The notes beneath the pieces were generated by a model that did not search any database, had not been told where the DNA came from, and saw nothing but the letters and a program-made list of their open reading frames with translations. Below, one piece after another: positions 18,261 through 28,847 of a DNA stretch of 64,000 nt (positions within the stretch are counted from its first letter, which is position 1; every line of letters starts with the position of its first letter). This DNA is from Parcubacteria group bacterium Gr01-1014_31 (GTDB lineage Bacteria; Patescibacteriota; Patescibacteriia; Buchananbacterales; GWA2-38-13): positions 75,660-139,659 of the forward strand of contig VMFR01000003.1 in the NCBI GenBank assembly GCA_007376135.1, in the 5' to 3' direction. A program made the position numbers and the translations under genes.

Positions 18261-19187
18261 ATGGCCATCGGCGACGACCAGCAGGGAGAAAAGAATCTTG
18301 CCGCGGCGGTGCTCCGCACGCTGGCGTATTTTGACGTCTTTGATTATCCGTTGACCGCGCTGGAAGTGCAGCGCTGGCTGTGGCGGAAGCGGGCAAGCGC
18401 CAGCGAGGTGGTACAAGTACTGCAGCAGTTGGAGCAGGCCCGCCGGCTGCAGCGTGTGCATGGCTACTACCATCTGCCCGGGCGCTCGGCGGCCGTTGCC
18501 GCCCGTTGGCAGCGCTATCTGGACGCCGAACTGAAATTCCGTCGCGCCCTGCGGGCCGCCGGCTGGCTCCGCTGGCTGCCGGCGGTGCGATTGGTTGCGG
18601 TCTGCAACAACGCGGCGTACGGCAACGCCAAAACGGAAAGCGACATCGATCTGTTCATTGTGGTCGCCCCCGGCCGACTATGGCTGACGCGGTTGGCTGT
18701 CACCGTCATCATGCAGCTGCTCGGACTGCGGCGGCATGGCGGGCGCATCGCTAACCGCTGTTGTTTGAGTTTCTACGTGACGGCGAATGCCGCCGACCTG
18801 TCGCGGTTTTCGCTCGCACCCGATGACCCGTACCTCGTATACTGGCTGGCGACCCTGGCGGTCATCTATGCGCGTGCAGGCGAGGCAGAGTCGTTCTGGC
18901 ACGCCAATGCCTGGGTGAAGGAATGGTTACCCAATGGGCAACCGCGCCTGCTTTCTGCGCGTCGGAGCGTGCCTGCACCCCAGCACTGGCTGCTGCCGGA
19001 AGGGAGCGCGGGACTGGAGTACATCGCGCGACGGTTGCAGCGGGCGAAAATGGCTACCCGTGAACGCGCACGCGCTTCGCGTCTGGGCGTGGTCATCTCC
19101 GACGACGTTTTGAAATTCCACGAAGAGGACCGTCGCACCGCCTACCGGCAGCAATGGGAAGAGCGCTGTCAGGCGCAGGGCGTATGA
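18261..19187 (+). CDS. Nucleotidyltransferase-like conserved hypothetical protein
   Basis: TLAYFDVFDYPLT N-terminus and SDIDLFIV motif. Confidence 0.75.
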   Translation: MAIGDDQQGEKNLAAAVLRTLAYFDVFDYPLTALEVQRWLWRKRASASEVVQVLQQLEQARRLQRVHGYYHLPGRSAAVAARWQRYLDAELKFRRALRAAGWLRWLPAVRLVAVCNNAAYGNAKTESDIDLFIVVAPGRLWLTRLAVTVIMQLLGLRRHGGRIANRCCLSFYVTANAADLSRFSLAPDDPYLVYWLATLAVIYARAGEAESFWHANAWVKEWLPNGQPRLLSARRSVPAPQHWLLPEGSAGLEYIARRLQRAKMATRERARASRLGVVISDDVLKFHEEDRRTAYRQQWEERCQAQGV

Positions 19188-20506
19188 CCACCGTGCCACA
19201 GCTGCGGGTGAGGCCGAGCCAGTTGCTGCTGGCGGCGGTGGTATTCTTGCTGCCCTGGCAGGCGCGGTTCTTGTGGGGCTCGCGGCGGTTGAACGGCGCG
19301 TTCTGGGAGTACGGCAGTTTCAGCCTCTATGCGCTGGAACTCGTGGTCTGGGTGTGCCTGATTTCCGCGTTTGCCCGCCTGCTGGCAACGCGCGGGGCGT
19401 CAGCGCCGTTCTCCTGGCGCCGTTTCTTTACCTCCAAGGGTGTGGTGGTCGCGGGTGCCGCGGGGCTCACGCTTTTGTCCTGGCTGTCCATCGCGTGGTC
19501 GGAGGACCGGGCGCTGGCATTGCAGGCCGCGTTCCGGCTGACCGAGGGGGTCGCGCTGCTCATCGTGCTGGCGCAAACGGCGCGCCGCGGTCGGGCTTTG
19601 GCCGGGCAGGCCTGGGCGCTGGCGGCAGCCGCGCAGGGCATAGTTGCGGCCGCGCAATTTTTTACGCAGCGCATCGCCGGCAGCGTGTGGCTTGGCGTTG
19701 ACCCGCAGCTACCCTCTGAACTTGGCGCGTCGGTCATTGAGCTGGCGGACGGCCGATTCCTGCGCGCGTACGGCACATTCCCGCACCCTAATATCCTGGC
19801 CGGGTTTTTGGCCATTGGCGTTCTGCTCGCAGGGGAGTGGTATGTGCGGGAGTACCGCAGTGTGCAGCGCATCCTTGCCATGAGTTGCGGGGTGGTCGCT
19901 GGCGCCGGACTGGTGTTTTCGCTGTCGCGGGCCGGCGGTTTGGCCCTCGTGGTCGGATTGGCGGCGTGGCTCCTCTCCCGCGGAACGCGCCGGCAAACCC
20001 TAGTACCGCCGTTGCGCTTCTCTCTCGCGGTGGGCCTCAGTGCGGCAACGGCATTGGCCATTCTGTGGCCGTTGGTTGCCACGCGTGCCGTCGGGGTTGG
20101 TCGTCTGGAGGCCAAGTCAACGCAGGAGCGCCGGATGCTGCTGCGCGAAGGCGCGCTCGTGGCGCGGGAAAATTTTTCGATCGGCGCGGGCATCGGACAG
20201 ACGACGCTGGCGCAGTACCGGCGCGACCCGGCGCAACAGGGCTGGGCCTACCAGCCGCCGCATAACGTCGCGCTCGTGGTGGTGATCGAACTGGCCGTGG
20301 ATGGAGTACTTCTGCTCCTGCTGCTGGCGGCGGGTGTGGCTTTGCGCGCGGCGCGAAATGGCAATAGCGCAGGTATTGGTCTGCTGGCAGTCTTGGCGGT
20401 GGTTGGATGGTTTGATCATTACCTTTGGACGCTCTTGCCCGGTATTCTGATGGCGTGCTTGGCCTTGGGATTCGCCGCCGGCGAGCCTCCAGACAATAGG
20501 GGATAG
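19184..20506 (+). CDS. O-antigen ligase (Wzy_C) family protein
   Basis: Polytopic; RAYGTFPHPNILAG, SLSRAG, GAGIG, PPHN. Confidence 0.85.
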   Translation: MTTVPQLRVRPSQLLLAAVVFLLPWQARFLWGSRRLNGAFWEYGSFSLYALELVVWVCLISAFARLLATRGASAPFSWRRFFTSKGVVVAGAAGLTLLSWLSIAWSEDRALALQAAFRLTEGVALLIVLAQTARRGRALAGQAWALAAAAQGIVAAAQFFTQRIAGSVWLGVDPQLPSELGASVIELADGRFLRAYGTFPHPNILAGFLAIGVLLAGEWYVREYRSVQRILAMSCGVVAGAGLVFSLSRAGGLALVVGLAAWLLSRGTRRQTLVPPLRFSLAVGLSAATALAILWPLVATRAVGVGRLEAKSTQERRMLLREGALVARENFSIGAGIGQTTLAQYRRDPAQQGWAYQPPHNVALVVVIELAVDGVLLLLLLAAGVALRAARNGNSAGIGLLAVLAVVGWFDHYLWTLLPGILMACLALGFAAGEPPDNRG

Positions 20507-20613
20507 CTTGGCTTTATCAAGCGGTAAAATCGCTAATTACCGAGGCGATTTTTTTGGTTGACACTTTCTTGACAAACCAGGTACAATGGCGTACCATGGC
20601 GCTACGGAACGAT

Positions 20614-20640
20614 TTAGCACTCATATATAATGAGTGCTAG
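20614..20640 (+). promoter_or_regulatory. CIRCE element (HrcA operator)
   Basis: TTAGCACTC-N9-GAGTGCTAG, one mismatch from consensus, upstream of groES. Confidence 0.92.
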
Positions 20641-20697
20641 TTATCCCCGCCATCATTGTTTTTATACTTTAAGAATTCTTAACCACCACAGCGCGCT

Positions 20698-20991
20698 ATG
20701 TCGAATGCCACATCCAAACTGCGGCCCCTAGGCAACCGGGTCATCGTGCAGCCGCTCAGCGAGGAAGAAAAGACCGGAAGCGGCATCATTTTGCCGGACT
20801 CCGTGGATAAGGAGAAGAAGGCAGAAGGGAAGATCATCGCCATCGGCAGCGGCGACAAGATCGTGAAGCTGGGTCTCAAGGTCGGCGACCGCGTCATCTT
20901 TGGCAAATACGCCGGCGAAGAGGTCAAGGTCGACGACATTGAATACAAGATCCTTACCGACGAGGACGTCCTCGCGGTTGTGGAATCGTAA
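20698..20991 (+). CDS. groES: Co-chaperonin GroES
   Basis: LRPLGNRV, TGSGIILPD, KVGDRVIFGKYAG. Confidence 0.97.
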   Translation: MSNATSKLRPLGNRVIVQPLSEEEKTGSGIILPDSVDKEKKAEGKIIAIGSGDKIVKLGLKVGDRVIFGKYAGEEVKVDDIEYKILTDEDVLAVVES

Positions 20992-21018
20992 CGGAGGGTT
21001 GAACGTACTCTATATACT

Positions 21019-22668
21019 ATGGCTAAACTCATCCTGTTCGGCGAAGATGCCCGCGCCAAGATCAAGAGGGGCATTGACCAGCTGGCCAACGCCGTGCGCG
21101 TCAGCCTCGGCCCCAAGGGTCGCGAGGTCGTGTTCGATAAGGGCTTTGGCAGCCCGACGGTCACCAACGACGGCGTGACCATCGCCAAGGAGATCGAATT
21201 GGAGGACAAATTCGAGAACATCGGCGCTCAGCTCATCAAAGAGGTCGCCGAGAAGACCAACGACGTCGCGGGCGACGGCACTACGACCGCGACCGTACTG
21301 GCCCAGGCCTTGGTCGAGGAAGGCCTCAAGAACGTCGCCGCCGGTAACGACCCGCTGGCGCTCAAGTCGGGGATGCAAAAGGCCCTGGCCGCAGCGGTTG
21401 ACGGACTGAAGTCGATCGCCAAGCCGGTCCACGGCAAAAAAGAGGTGGCGCAGGTCGCGACCATCTCCAGTCTGGACGAGCAGGTTGGCACGATGATCGC
21501 CGACATCATGGAGGAGGTCGGGAAGGACGGCGTGGTCACGGTGGAAGAGGGCCAGACGTTCGGATTGAGCAAAGAAGTGGTGCAGGGCATGCGCTTTGAT
21601 AAGGGGTACGTGTCCGGCTACATGGTCACCAACGCCGAGCGCATGGAGGCAGTCTACGAAGACCCCTACCTTTTGGTGACCGACCAGAAAGTATCGGCCA
21701 TCGCCGACATCCTGCCGCTGCTGGAAGAGATCGCGCGCTCGGGCCGCAAGGAGCTGGTCCTTATCGCCGATGAAGTGGAAGGCGAAGCGCTGGCGACGTT
21801 CGTCGTCAACAAGCTGCGCGGCACCCTGTCGGTGCTGGCGATCAAAGCCCCGGGCTTTGGCGACCGTCGCAAGGACGTGCTCAACGACATCGCGGTCCTG
21901 ACCGGGGCCACAATGATCTCGGAGGAGACCGGCAAGAAGCTTGAGAACGCCAAGTTCGTGGACCTGGGCCGTGCCGATAAGGTGATCGCGACCAAGGAGT
22001 ACACGACCGTCATTGGCGGCAAGGGCGACAAGGCCAAGCTTTCGGCCCGCGTAGCGCAGATCCGCAAGGAGATCGACGCCACCGACTCGGAGTTCGACAA
22101 AGAGAAGCTGACCGAGCGGCTGGCGAAGCTCTCGGGCGGCGTGGGCGTCATCAAGGTGGGCGCCGCGACCGAGACCGAGATGAAGGAAAAGAAGTTCAAG
22201 ATCGAGGACGCGCTGAATGCGACCCGCGCGGCCGTGGAAGAGGGCGTCGTGCCGGGCGGCGGTGCCGCGCTGGTGAAGGTGGCCAATGCCTTCAACGAAC
22301 TGCTGGCCAAGAGCAAGACGCCGCTGACCGATGAGGAGAAGGTCGGCGCCAAGATCGTGCAGGCGGCCCTCGTTGCGCCGTTGCGGCAGATCGCCCTGAA
22401 CGCCGGCATCAAGGACATCTCCCTTATTGTCAACGACATCAAGGACATCAAACAGGCGACCACCGGCTACGATTTCGCCGCGATGAAAAAGTGCGATATG
22501 TTCCAGGCGGGCATCATCGATCCGCTCAAGGTGACGCGCACTGCGCTGGAGAACGCCGTCTCCATCGCCAGTCTGTTGGTGACGACCGAAGCCATCATCA
22601 CCGACAAGCCCGAAAAGAAGGACGAGAAGGGCGGCATGCCCGGTATGGGTGGGATGGACATGATGTGA
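21019..22668 (+). CDS. groEL: Chaperonin GroEL
   Basis: LGPKGR, AGDGTTTAT, KAPGFGD, GGM tail. Confidence 0.98.
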   Translation: MAKLILFGEDARAKIKRGIDQLANAVRVSLGPKGREVVFDKGFGSPTVTNDGVTIAKEIELEDKFENIGAQLIKEVAEKTNDVAGDGTTTATVLAQALVEEGLKNVAAGNDPLALKSGMQKALAAAVDGLKSIAKPVHGKKEVAQVATISSLDEQVGTMIADIMEEVGKDGVVTVEEGQTFGLSKEVVQGMRFDKGYVSGYMVTNAERMEAVYEDPYLLVTDQKVSAIADILPLLEEIARSGRKELVLIADEVEGEALATFVVNKLRGTLSVLAIKAPGFGDRRKDVLNDIAVLTGATMISEETGKKLENAKFVDLGRADKVIATKEYTTVIGGKGDKAKLSARVAQIRKEIDATDSEFDKEKLTERLAKLSGGVGVIKVGAATETEMKEKKFKIEDALNATRAAVEEGVVPGGGAALVKVANAFNELLAKSKTPLTDEEKVGAKIVQAALVAPLRQIALNAGIKDISLIVNDIKDIKQATTGYDFAAMKKCDMFQAGIIDPLKVTRTALENAVSIASLLVTTEAIITDKPEKKDEKGGMPGMGGMDMM

Positions 22669-22737
22669 TCCCACCGAAGGCGAGATCATCCCGAGCGAGT
22701 CCGATGGATATCGGACGAGTCGAGGGATCCAACGTTG

Positions 22738-22771
22738 AAAAATCCCCCGGTCTACGACCGGGGGATTTTTT
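22738..22771 (+). terminator. Intrinsic terminator of groESL
   Basis: AAATCCCCCGGTC-TAC-GACCGGGGGATTTTTT. Confidence 0.85.
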
Positions 22772-22999
22772 GCCTGGTTGAGCCGTTCGCGATGGATTAC
22801 GGCGCGGACATACATAGGCCGTGCTTGATTTTTGGCCGCCCCGGGGTAGACTGACCGCAGTGAGGAGGGGCACGGTTGCCTCTCCGTTCTTTAAAAATCC
22901 ACCCTGGGCGCGAGGAAGGAGGTATCCGCCCGTTGCGTCGATGGCCGCTCCGTTCGCGGAGCAAGGTTCATGGGCCTTTTCCCACAAAGGAGGTTCGCC

Positions 23000-23719
23000 A
23001 TGACGCGAACCATAGCATTGCTGTCGCTCTTCGTTCTGGTGGCAGCGTGCGCGTTGCTTGGGCCGTTCACCGAACGGTCCGGCGCCCCGCCCGCTCCGTC
23101 GCCTCCTGTCGTGGCCGATCTGTCGGTCACGCACATCCCGCTGCCGTCCCCTCTGGACGACCCCTTGCCTGCGCTATGCGCACCCGAGGCGGTCCTGCCC
23201 GAGGTTCTCCCGATGGCCGCCATGCCGTCCATCACCATGACGGCGTACTCTGCCATCGCGGCGCTCCCGCCGCACCCCATCTTCGCGCCGGACTTCCCGG
23301 AAACCTTGCCGCCATCGCCGGCAGACCCCGCCTGCGCTCCGCAGACGGTCGCGCTGCCCGAGATGTCCGCAATGACCGCCGAGGAGGTGGCGAACGCCTT
23401 AGACAAGAAGGTGAAGGTGCAGGAGCACGAAGCAGTGGAGATCGCGGTCCGTGACCTTGCCGGCAACGTGCTGGCCACCCGCGCCCATCCGCGCATCCTC
23501 GGCAAGTCGCCACAAGCCGGCGACTTCAAGCAGCTGACGTTGTACAGCGCGTACGCGGCCGATGAGAACGGCCGTATCCTCACCGATGCCCGCGGCGACC
23601 CCATGCCTGCCGCCAGCGCCGTGCCGATCGGCACCATCAGCGTGAGTAACGCCTGCACCGCGCAGAATCTGCGCATCGCCCTCGAAGGCTTCCAGACGTT
23701 CGTCGCCAGTCTGAACTGA
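23000..23719 (+). CDS. Hypothetical exported Pro-rich protein
   Basis: SD AAAGGAGG, signal-like N-terminus. Confidence 0.7.
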   Translation: MTRTIALLSLFVLVAACALLGPFTERSGAPPAPSPPVVADLSVTHIPLPSPLDDPLPALCAPEAVLPEVLPMAAMPSITMTAYSAIAALPPHPIFAPDFPETLPPSPADPACAPQTVALPEMSAMTAEEVANALDKKVKVQEHEAVEIAVRDLAGNVLATRAHPRILGKSPQAGDFKQLTLYSAYAADENGRILTDARGDPMPAASAVPIGTISVSNACTAQNLRIALEGFQTFVASLN

Positions 23720-23865
23720 TCATCATCGGTTCCGTCTGGCCAGCGGCTGCTGGCCTATCAGCGCCCCTCTCGTGGGGCAACTGCCGTGACGGCGGGTTCA
23801 CCCGAGCCCGCCGCCTTTTTGTCTCCCTGGAGTTGCTGCCTGGCGTTTGTCGCCAAGGAGGTTCT

Positions 23866-24459
23866 ATGGTTTCTGTCGTATGGCGGGCGGGCTTTCTGTC
23901 GGCCCTCTGCTGGGGCTGCGCTGCGCCCGGCACCCCGCCGTTCACCGCGGCCCCTTGGGCGCTGCCCCATGGTACCGTCCGCGAGGTCGTCGTCGACCAC
24001 GTCCATGTGGGCAGCCGCGAGGTGGGCGCGCGACTAGCCGCCGCCGTGGCGGCCATCACCGATACGAACGTCTGTAGCACGGTCCGCGTGGTCGCGCGCA
24101 ACCGTCAACTGTTGGCGTGCGCGACCATCTGTGCACAAACAGACCACTGGCGTTTCGCCGACGCGCGCGACCTGCTGGCTGGTTGCCTGGAGGGAGTTCA
24201 GAACTGGCAGACGCCAGTCATTATGGTCTCCGCCAATGAAGGCGGCACCGACGTGCTCGCAACGGCCGCCTTTACCCCGCGGGAAGGGGACCGTCGCGCG
24301 GATACCTGCCGTTGTCAGGTAAGATCGTTGGGCGGAACGCCGCTGTTCATTTGTTTTGAGGGGATGACCCCCCAAGAGGGTGATCATCTTGCCACCCGCG
24401 GCATGGTGCTCTACCACCATCGGGCGCGGCAGTCCGCCGAAAAAGCAGGGGCGCACTAG
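23866..24459 (+). CDS. Hypothetical protein, possible lipoprotein
   Basis: SD AAGGAGG; LSALCWGC resembles a lipobox. Confidence 0.6.
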   Translation: MVSVVWRAGFLSALCWGCAAPGTPPFTAAPWALPHGTVREVVVDHVHVGSREVGARLAAAVAAITDTNVCSTVRVVARNRQLLACATICAQTDHWRFADARDLLAGCLEGVQNWQTPVIMVSANEGGTDVLATAAFTPREGDRRADTCRCQVRSLGGTPLFICFEGMTPQEGDHLATRGMVLYHHRARQSAEKAGAH

Positions 24460-24580
24460 CGTATGGTCGTGCCGTGTCCTTTCCTTATTTTTTACGATGG
24501 GCTGCCGCCGCGGCCCATCGTTTTTTTATGGTATACTGTGACGGTATCCCGTTGGGGCGGGGGTAATAATTTTTTTCAGT

Positions 24581-26965
24581 ATGGCAAAAATGTCGTTCGT
24601 GCGATGGTTCGACCAGTTAGGCATCAAGGACGTGCCGTTGGTGGGGGGTAAGAACGCTTCCTTGGGCGAGATGTATCGCAAGCTGGTGCCCAAGGGCGTC
24701 GCCGTGCCCAACGGTTTTGCCATTACCGCCGAAGCCTACTTTTATCTTTTGAAAAAGGCCGGTATCCGCGACGATATCCGTCGCATTCTGTCGGACTTAA
24801 ACACCAAGGACCTGCGTAACTTGCAGGCCCGCGGCCGCGCCGTACGCCAGGCGATCCTCGGCGCTGATATCCCGCCCGACCTGGAGGTGATGATCGCCGC
24901 CAGCTATCGCCAGTTGGAACGTCAGTACGGGAAGAACGTGGACGTCGCCGTGCGTTCATCGGCGACGGCCGAGGACCTGCCAGACGCGTCGTTCGCCGGC
25001 CAGCAGGAAACCTATCTCAACATCCGCGGCGTGCCAATGCTGCTGGACGCCTGCCGGCGGTGTTTCGCGTCGCTCTTCACCGACCGCGCCATTTCCTACC
25101 GCACGGACAAGCACTTTGACCACTTCCGCGTCGGGTTGTCCATCGGGGTGCAGAAAATGGTCAGGTCCGACCGGGCCTGCTCGGGCGTGATGTTCTCCAT
25201 CGACACCGAGTCGGGTTTCCGCGACGCGGTGCTCATCAACGGCAGCTGGGGGTTGGGCGAGAATATCGTGCAGGGAGCCGTCACCCCGGATGAATGGTAC
25301 GTGCACAAGCCGACCCTGAAGAAGGGGTTTGCCTCCATCATCGGCCGCGTGCTGGGCGGTAAGCGGGTCAAAATGATCTACAGCCGCGGCGCAACGCCGA
25401 CCGTCAATGTGCCCACGAGTCGGGTCGAACGGCAGCGGTTCTCGTTGACCGATAAGGAAGTGTATTCTCTGGCACGCTGGGCGTGCATCGTGGAGGACCA
25501 CTACCGCAAGCCGATGGATATGGAGTGGGCCAAGGATGGCATCACGGGCAAGCTGTTCATCGTGCAGGCGCGGCCCGAGACGGTGCAATCGCGCCGTGAC
25601 ACTTCCATCCTTGAGGAGTATGTGTTGTCGGGTCACGGCAAAGTACTTTGCAGCGGCGCGCCGGTCGGCAGCAAGATCGGCGTGGGGAAAGCGCGCGTCA
25701 TCCACGACGTGTCCGGCATCCACCAGTTCAAGGCCGGCGAGGTTTTGGTGACCGAGATGACCGACCCTGATTGGGAGCCGATCATGAAGATCGCAGCCGG
25801 CATTGTCACCAACCGCGGCGGACGCACTTGCCATGCGGCCATCGTCTCGCGCGAGCTGGGCATCCCTTGCATCGTCGGGACCAACGACGCCACCACGAAC
25901 ATCGCCACCGGCCGGCCGGTGACCGTTTCGTGCGCGGAAGGCAACGTCGGCAAGGTCTACGAAGGCGCGCTCAAATTCCTGGTCCGCAAGCATAACCTGC
26001 GCCACCTCAAGCGGCCCAAGACCAAGGTGATGCTGAACGTCGGCAGCCCCGACATCGCGTTCAGCTCTTCATTCATTCCCAACGACGGCGTCGGGCTAGC
26101 CCGCGAGGAGTTCATCATCAACGACCAGATCAAGATCCACCCCAACGCGCTGCTCGGCTACGCCAAGCTCAAGGATGGCAAGGTCAAACGGCAGATCGAT
26201 GCGCTGACCATCGGCTATCCCAACAAGGTGTTGTACTACGTGGACAAGCTGGCCGAAGGCATCGGCAAGATCGCGGCCGCGTTCTACCCCAAGGACGTCA
26301 TCGTGCGGTTCTCGGATTTCAAGACCAACGAGTACGCCAACCTCGTCGGCGGCACGGCGTTCGAGCCCGTGGAGTCCAACCCGATGATCGGGTGGCGGGG
26401 TTCGTCGCGCTACTACGATCCGAAGTTCAAAGCCGCCTTCGCGCTGGAGTGCCGCGCCATCCACAAGGTGCGCGAGACCATGGGGCTGACCAATCTGAAG
26501 GTGATGGTGCCGTTCTGCCGCACCATCAAAGAGGGCAAGCAGGTGTTGGAGGTCATGCGGCAGAACGGCTTGCGCCGCGGGGTCAAGGGGCTGGAGGTCT
26601 ATGTCATGTGCGAAATTCCGTCCAACGTCGTGCTGGCAGAAGAATTCGCCAAGATCTTCGACGGGTTTTCCATCGGTTCCAACGATCTGACCCAGCTGAC
26701 GCTCGGCGTGGACCGTGATTCGGAGCTGGTGGCGCATATCTACGATGAGCGCAACGCCGCCGTCAAAACGCTGATTTCCCAAGTTATCCGCGCCGCGAAG
26801 AAACACCATCGCAAGATCGGCATCTGCGGCCAGGCGCCCTCCGATTTCCCTGACTTCGCGCAGTTCCTGGTGGAGCAGGGAATAGATTCCATTTCGCTCA
26901 ACCCCGACACCGTCGTGAAAACCACCATCGCCATCCTCAAGAAGGAACGGGGATTGAAAAAGTAA
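24581..26965 (+). CDS. ppsA: Phosphoenolpyruvate synthase
   Basis: VGGKNASLGE, VRSSATAED, SFAGQ, GGRTCHAAI, SIGSNDL, GICGQAPS. Confidence 0.97.
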   Translation: MAKMSFVRWFDQLGIKDVPLVGGKNASLGEMYRKLVPKGVAVPNGFAITAEAYFYLLKKAGIRDDIRRILSDLNTKDLRNLQARGRAVRQAILGADIPPDLEVMIAASYRQLERQYGKNVDVAVRSSATAEDLPDASFAGQQETYLNIRGVPMLLDACRRCFASLFTDRAISYRTDKHFDHFRVGLSIGVQKMVRSDRACSGVMFSIDTESGFRDAVLINGSWGLGENIVQGAVTPDEWYVHKPTLKKGFASIIGRVLGGKRVKMIYSRGATPTVNVPTSRVERQRFSLTDKEVYSLARWACIVEDHYRKPMDMEWAKDGITGKLFIVQARPETVQSRRDTSILEEYVLSGHGKVLCSGAPVGSKIGVGKARVIHDVSGIHQFKAGEVLVTEMTDPDWEPIMKIAAGIVTNRGGRTCHAAIVSRELGIPCIVGTNDATTNIATGRPVTVSCAEGNVGKVYEGALKFLVRKHNLRHLKRPKTKVMLNVGSPDIAFSSSFIPNDGVGLAREEFIINDQIKIHPNALLGYAKLKDGKVKRQIDALTIGYPNKVLYYVDKLAEGIGKIAAAFYPKDVIVRFSDFKTNEYANLVGGTAFEPVESNPMIGWRGSSRYYDPKFKAAFALECRAIHKVRETMGLTNLKVMVPFCRTIKEGKQVLEVMRQNGLRRGVKGLEVYVMCEIPSNVVLAEEFAKIFDGFSIGSNDLTQLTLGVDRDSELVAHIYDERNAAVKTLISQVIRAAKKHHRKIGICGQAPSDFPDFAQFLVEQGIDSISLNPDTVVKTTIAILKKERGLKK

Positions 26966-27004
26966 GTAGGGTGGTAGTCGGGTAGGATTGTAGGACAAGA
27001 AAAA

Positions 27005-27261
27005 ATGGGTGAACGGAATTCATTGCGCTCATACCGTGATCTCATCGTATGGGAGAAAGCGGTGAATTTGGTCGTCGCCATGTATGGGCTCACGGAAACA
27101 TTCCCCAAGTTGGGTCTGGCGCCGAGCTAGAAACGCAATTGGAAATCGTCCAACGGCTTGGATTCGGAAAAGAAGCCGAGGTTAGTAAAACCGCCGCACT
27201 ACTTGAAGAAGTGATGCGGATGTTGAACCGCCTCATCGCCACGCTGCAATTGACTGAATAA
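27005..27261 (+). pseudogene. Four-helix bundle protein (23S rRNA IVS-protein family), internally deleted and frameshifted
   Basis: SYRDLIVWEKA..TETFPK in one frame, GSGAELETQLEI..LG in another; central SIPSNIAEG-type segment missing. Confidence 0.8.
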
Positions 27262-27304
27262 TTACTACCGACTACTTTCCTACCAACCTACCTCACTCAC
27301 GTTT

Positions 27305-28099
27305 ATGTTCTGGCAAGAACACGCCCTTCCCGCAGTCGCGCTCCAGCTCGGTTCCGTCACCATCTATTGGTACGGCGTGACTATGGTACTGGCCATCGCC
27401 GTCGGCGTGATGGTCGCAAGGAACCTGGCCCAACGCACCGGGTTGGCACAACCCCAGGCCGTGTACGACCTGGCATTTGTGGTGGCACTCTCGGCGCTGG
27501 CGGGCGCTCGGCTGTACGCCGTGCTGTTATTCTGGCCCGACTACGCCGCCGACCCCTGGGAAATTTTCAAAGTCTGGCATGGCGGCTTGGCTATCCACGG
27601 GGCGCTGGCGGCCGGAGCGCTGGCGCTTCTGGTCTACTGCCGGCGCAAGCGGTATTCGTTCTGGGCGTGGGCGGATATCCTCGCGGTCGCCCTTCCCGCC
27701 GGGCAGGCCATCGGCCGTTGGGGCAACTACTTCAACCAGGAGCTGTTCGGCCCGCCCACCTCGCTGCCGTGGGGGATATTTATTGACCCCACATACCGGC
27801 CAGCCGGGTTCGAACAGGCAGTGGTGTTCCATCCGGTCTTTCTCTATGAATCACTCTTGAATTTGGCGTTATTCCTTATGCTGTGGCGGCTCTTCCGGCA
27901 TCGGCGGCAGGTGGGCGTCATGGTTGCCGCCTATGTGACTGGGTACGGTATTATCCGTTTGCTGATGGAGCAGCTGCGGTTGGACCCCACGCCGGAATTG
28001 TTCGGCATCCGCTGGCCGATCGTGGTCAGCGCGCTGCTCATCGTCGGCGGGTTGGTGGGGCTGGCCGGCCGGCAGCGGCGGCCCGCGGCCGGGGCGTGA
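27305..28099 (+). CDS. lgt: Prolipoprotein diacylglyceryl transferase
   Basis: IYWYG, GARL, WHGGLAIHG, QAIGRWGNYFNQE, HPVFLYE. Confidence 0.95.
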   Translation: MFWQEHALPAVALQLGSVTIYWYGVTMVLAIAVGVMVARNLAQRTGLAQPQAVYDLAFVVALSALAGARLYAVLLFWPDYAADPWEIFKVWHGGLAIHGALAAGALALLVYCRRKRYSFWAWADILAVALPAGQAIGRWGNYFNQELFGPPTSLPWGIFIDPTYRPAGFEQAVVFHPVFLYESLLNLALFLMLWRLFRHRRQVGVMVAAYVTGYGIIRLLMEQLRLDPTPELFGIRWPIVVSALLIVGGLVGLAGRQRRPAAGA

Positions 28100-28139
28100 C
28101 GTTTTCCGCCTGCTGGCTGCGTGCTATACTGGAGGACGT

Positions 28140-28568
28140 ATGCGGTATCGGAAATTTTTGGTCACGGGGGGCCTGCTGGCCGTTGCCGTGCTGGCGGTCG
28201 CCTTGCCCCTGGTCGTTTTGGCGCAGGCAACCCAGCCGGTGACCCTGCCTAACCCCATCCAGATCAACGACCCGCGCCAGCTCATCGGGCGGGTCATCAG
28301 CGCCGTCCTGGGGCTGGTCGGTTCCATTGCGCTGGTCATCTTCATGTGGGGAGGGTTCCAGTGGATGACCTCGGCGGGGAATGCCGAAAAGGTCACCAAA
28401 GGAAAAAATGCCATTCTTTGGGCAGCGCTGGGTTTGGCGGTCATCTTTTCCAGCTACGCCCTGGTGCGGTACGCGCTCAATGCGTTGAAACCGCAGGCAG
28501 AACCGAGCCAGGGTGTGCCGGGCACCGGAACCGGGGTGCCAGGTACCGGAACTGCGGTGCCGCCGTAG
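28140..28568 (+). CDS. CPR-type pilin (TrbC/VirB2-like)
   Basis: L.NP, then GGFQWMTSAGNAEKVTKGK..I.WA..GL. Confidence 0.8.
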   Translation: MRYRKFLVTGGLLAVAVLAVALPLVVLAQATQPVTLPNPIQINDPRQLIGRVISAVLGLVGSIALVIFMWGGFQWMTSAGNAEKVTKGKNAILWAALGLAVIFSSYALVRYALNALKPQAEPSQGVPGTGTGVPGTGTAVPP

Positions 28569-28646
28569 GGGTCGCGGGAAGCGGGAGGACGTACAGGGGA
28601 GTAAAATTTTGGTCTTATGAAGGCCATTTTTTGTTCTGTAATTATC

Positions 28647-28675
28647 TTGACAAATGACTAATCTTATGGTATCAT
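28647..28675 (+). promoter_or_regulatory. sigma70-type promoter of four-gene operon
   Basis: TTGACA-N17-TATCAT. Confidence 0.75.
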
Positions 28676-28847
28676 AAATTGTTGCATCAATTAGCCACTT
28701 TTTGGCTTATTGGTGCGGTCCCTTGACAATTCAAGGCGAAAAGCAAAAGAGGCGCCTCGGTGGCCCTCCTTTTCACGTTGATTTGTCTAGGTGTGTGTCT
28801 TAGGTGATTCGGAATTCAAAGGATTCAGTGTAAAGGAGGATGCCATC

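Noticed and set aside
21010-22815. 601-aa minus-strand ORF
   Set aside because: Shadow of groEL
27005-27261. Diversity-generating retroelement (Avd-like fold)
   Set aside because: No reverse transcriptase and no TR/VR pair in the window
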